From contig CAWEMM010000014.1 of assembly GCA_963810095.1 (NCBI GenBank), positions 256,001-320,000 on the forward strand: DNA of 64,000 nt. The letters are read 5' to 3'. Both the position numbers and the translations under genes were made by a program. The DNA comes from an uncultured Chloroflexia bacterium (lineage in GTDB: Bacteria; Chloroflexota; Anaerolineae; CG2-30-64-16). Positions 62,278-64,000 of the stretch are shown piece by piece. The notes below the pieces were generated by a model. It searched no databases. It saw nothing but the letters and a program-made list of their open reading frames with translations, and was not told the origin of the DNA. Each line of letters begins with the position of its first letter. Positions within the stretch are counted from its first letter, which is position 1.

Positions 62278-62618
62278 CTGTCTCCGCTGATCAAGTCAAG
62301 CGCGGCCTACGCATGGACTCCGGCGGGCGAAGATCGCCGCATTCGACGCCGGAGAGGAAGAAATCGTCGCCAAGGCGGAGTACGAGACCGCCCGGATCGC
62401 CGGGATCACTGCCGGGACGATCACCGGGCGGAACGACACGGAGCGCGACGCCGCCGCCAAGACCGTCTGCGCCGACGCAGTGGGTCGCAGTATCAGATGG
62501 CGGTCGCCGAGGCACGGGAGGCGCGGCATCATCTCGACCTGGCGCAGACCGACGTCGACGAGATGCCGGGCGCTGCTGCGGCTGGAGGAACTGGCCGGAT
62601 TCGCCGGGTCGGGAATGA
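62274..62618 (+). CDS. phage hypothetical protein (several frameshifts)
   Basis: GGAGG RBS and ATGA overlap; helical segments such as AVAEAREARHHLDLAQTDVDEM in alternate frame; end approximate. Confidence 0.45.
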   Translation: MTVSADQVKRGLRMDSGGRRSPHSTPERKKSSPRRSTRPPGSPGSLPGRSPGGTTRSATPPPRPSAPTQWVAVSDGGRRGTGGAASSRPGADRRRRDAGRCCGWRNWPDSPGRE

Positions 62619-62648
62619 TCCCGCCCAGTCACAACAGGGAGGCATAAC

Positions 62649-63400
62649 ATGGGGTTTTCAGAGGGCAGTCGCCAAGCCGTTCTGGTTGCGGCTGGCGCTC
62701 GACGGACCTGCCGGGTCGGGCAAGACCTGGACGGGTCTCGAAGTCGGCGACGTTCTTCGCTGCCCAGTACGGGCAGGTGCCCGCCTACATCGACACGGAA
62801 CGCGGGTCGGCGTCGAAGTACGCGGCGCGAGTTCGCTTTCGACGTGGTCGAACATGAAACCGCCGTTTCATCCGGATCGGTTCGTCAAGGGCATCGCGAT
62901 GGCGGTCGAGGCGGGCTACAAGGTGCTCGTCATCGACTCCCTGTCGCACGCCTGGAACGGCCCCGGCGGCCTGCTGGAGATCGTCGACCAGATCGCCTCC
63001 CGCATGAACGGCAACAGCTACGCCGCATGGAAGGACGCGACGCCGATTCAGACCCGGCTGATCGACGCTCTGACCGGGGCGGACTGCACATCATCGCCTG
63101 CCTGCGGGCGAAGATGGACTACACGCAGGAGAAGGACGACCGGGGCCGCACGAAGATCACGAAGGTCGGCCTGGCGCCGGTGCAGCGTGAGGGCATGGAG
63201 TACGAGTTCGACGTCGTCGGCGACATGACCGTCCTGCACAACCTGATGGTCAGCAAAGACCCGCTGCGAAGAACTGACGGACCAGATGTTCGTCAAGCCG
63301 GGCAAGGACTTCGCCCAGATTCTCTGGAACTGGACGCAGTCCGGCGTGACCCGTGAGCAGTTGAAGGCCCAGCGGAGGCGGAACGCGCGGCGAGCGTCGG
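62649..63400 (+). CDS. AAA_24 / Sak4-like phage ATPase (frameshifted; 3' end uncertain)
   Basis: LRLALDGPAGSGKTW, IDTERGSASKY, VLVIDSLSHAW.G.GG.L, KVGLAPVQREGMEYEFD; GGAGG RBS. Confidence 0.88.
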
Positions 63401-64000
63401 CGCGGGACGAACGGGACTGCTACGGTCGTAGCACCGCAACAGCCGACCGCCGAACGGCAACGGGGCGGAGGCTGGCAGTGCCGAAAGCCCTTTTCCGGGT
63501 GAGTCCGATCCGGTCGGCGTCGAAGACCCTACGGGTCTCGTCCGCTTGGCCGGACTGGTCGCGACCCGCTGACGACAGTCTGTCGTCTGGGAGCACGCCC
63601 GACGCTGCCGGTCATCCGTGGCACTGGCGGACGGCTCGACGGTTCCCGCCGGGGACGCCGGACTTGCCTCCGCCGTCGCTGGACCACCGGCGAGCGACCG
63701 ATGCAGTCCGGCTGCCTCCGGTCGGGCAAGCCGCACATGCCGACCCGCCGACAACTCCGGCATTCCGGTCGAAGTGACCTACACGGAGCAGGCCGCGACG
63801 CCGACGCCGCCTCCGGCGCAGATCCGGAACCGGACGGGTCGACGACGGTCGTCATCGAGAACCGGGGGCAGATGAGGATCACATCGCCGGAAGTTCTGGC
63901 GGAGCAGGGCATGCCGACGGATCCGCCGCCGCACGGCAGACCCGCCGGCCCGAGTCCGGCGCAGAAGAAGAAGTCCGGGCGGGGCGGCCGCCTCCGTCGC

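Larger units (their letters stand above)
59304..64000 (+). mobile_element. left end of a prophage or phage-like integrative element (continues beyond window)
   Basis: Broken tRNA, tyrosine integrase, divergent XRE repressor, HNH, Zn-ribbon and Sak4-like ATPase genes. Confidence 0.88.

Noticed and set aside
131-64000. Widespread pseudogenisation or programmed frameshifting
   Set aside because: Breaks are single-base indels scattered across unrelated genes, often in G/C runs, with motifs intact on both sides and no clear in-frame nonsense decay; most consistent with long-read consensus error
63400-64000. Further phage genes after the ATPase
   Set aside because: Frames are too disrupted and lack recognisable motifs for a supported call

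Overview
GC-rich bacterial chromosomal segment. Gene content (Pro/Ala/Thr-linker lipoproteins, large GT-C membrane glycosyltransferases, expanded UroD-fold paralogues, cysK-cysE) suggests Chloroflexota, Anaerolineae/Caldilineae-like; this is inference. Many genes are broken by single-base indels, most likely uncorrected long-read errors, so several CDS calls join two or more ORF fragments and their ends are approximate. In order: small membrane/secreted genes and an OmpR-type two-component system; a heterodimeric ABC exporter; an 18-kb sugar locus (ABC importer, galactitol-family PTS, FGGY kinase, two SorC regulators, five UroD/MtaA-fold proteins); a CheB-CheR-PAS/kinase/NarL signalling cluster; cysK-cysE behind a structured, terminator-containing leader; envelope and housekeeping genes; tRNA-Pro(TGG); an intact IS5-family element with TIRs and a 9-bp TSD; and the left end of a prophage-like element that interrupts tRNA-Gly(TCC). 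Best leads: (1) a REP-like palindrome family with swappable internal hairpins that is dispersed through the window and clustered around a small GIY-YIG nuclease gene; (2) a candidate cysteine-sensing leader-peptide attenuator upstream of cysK-cysE; (3) the five-UroD-paralogue sugar locus with no corrinoid partner; (4) a tRNA-Gly gene not restored at the promoter-proximal junction of the integrated element.
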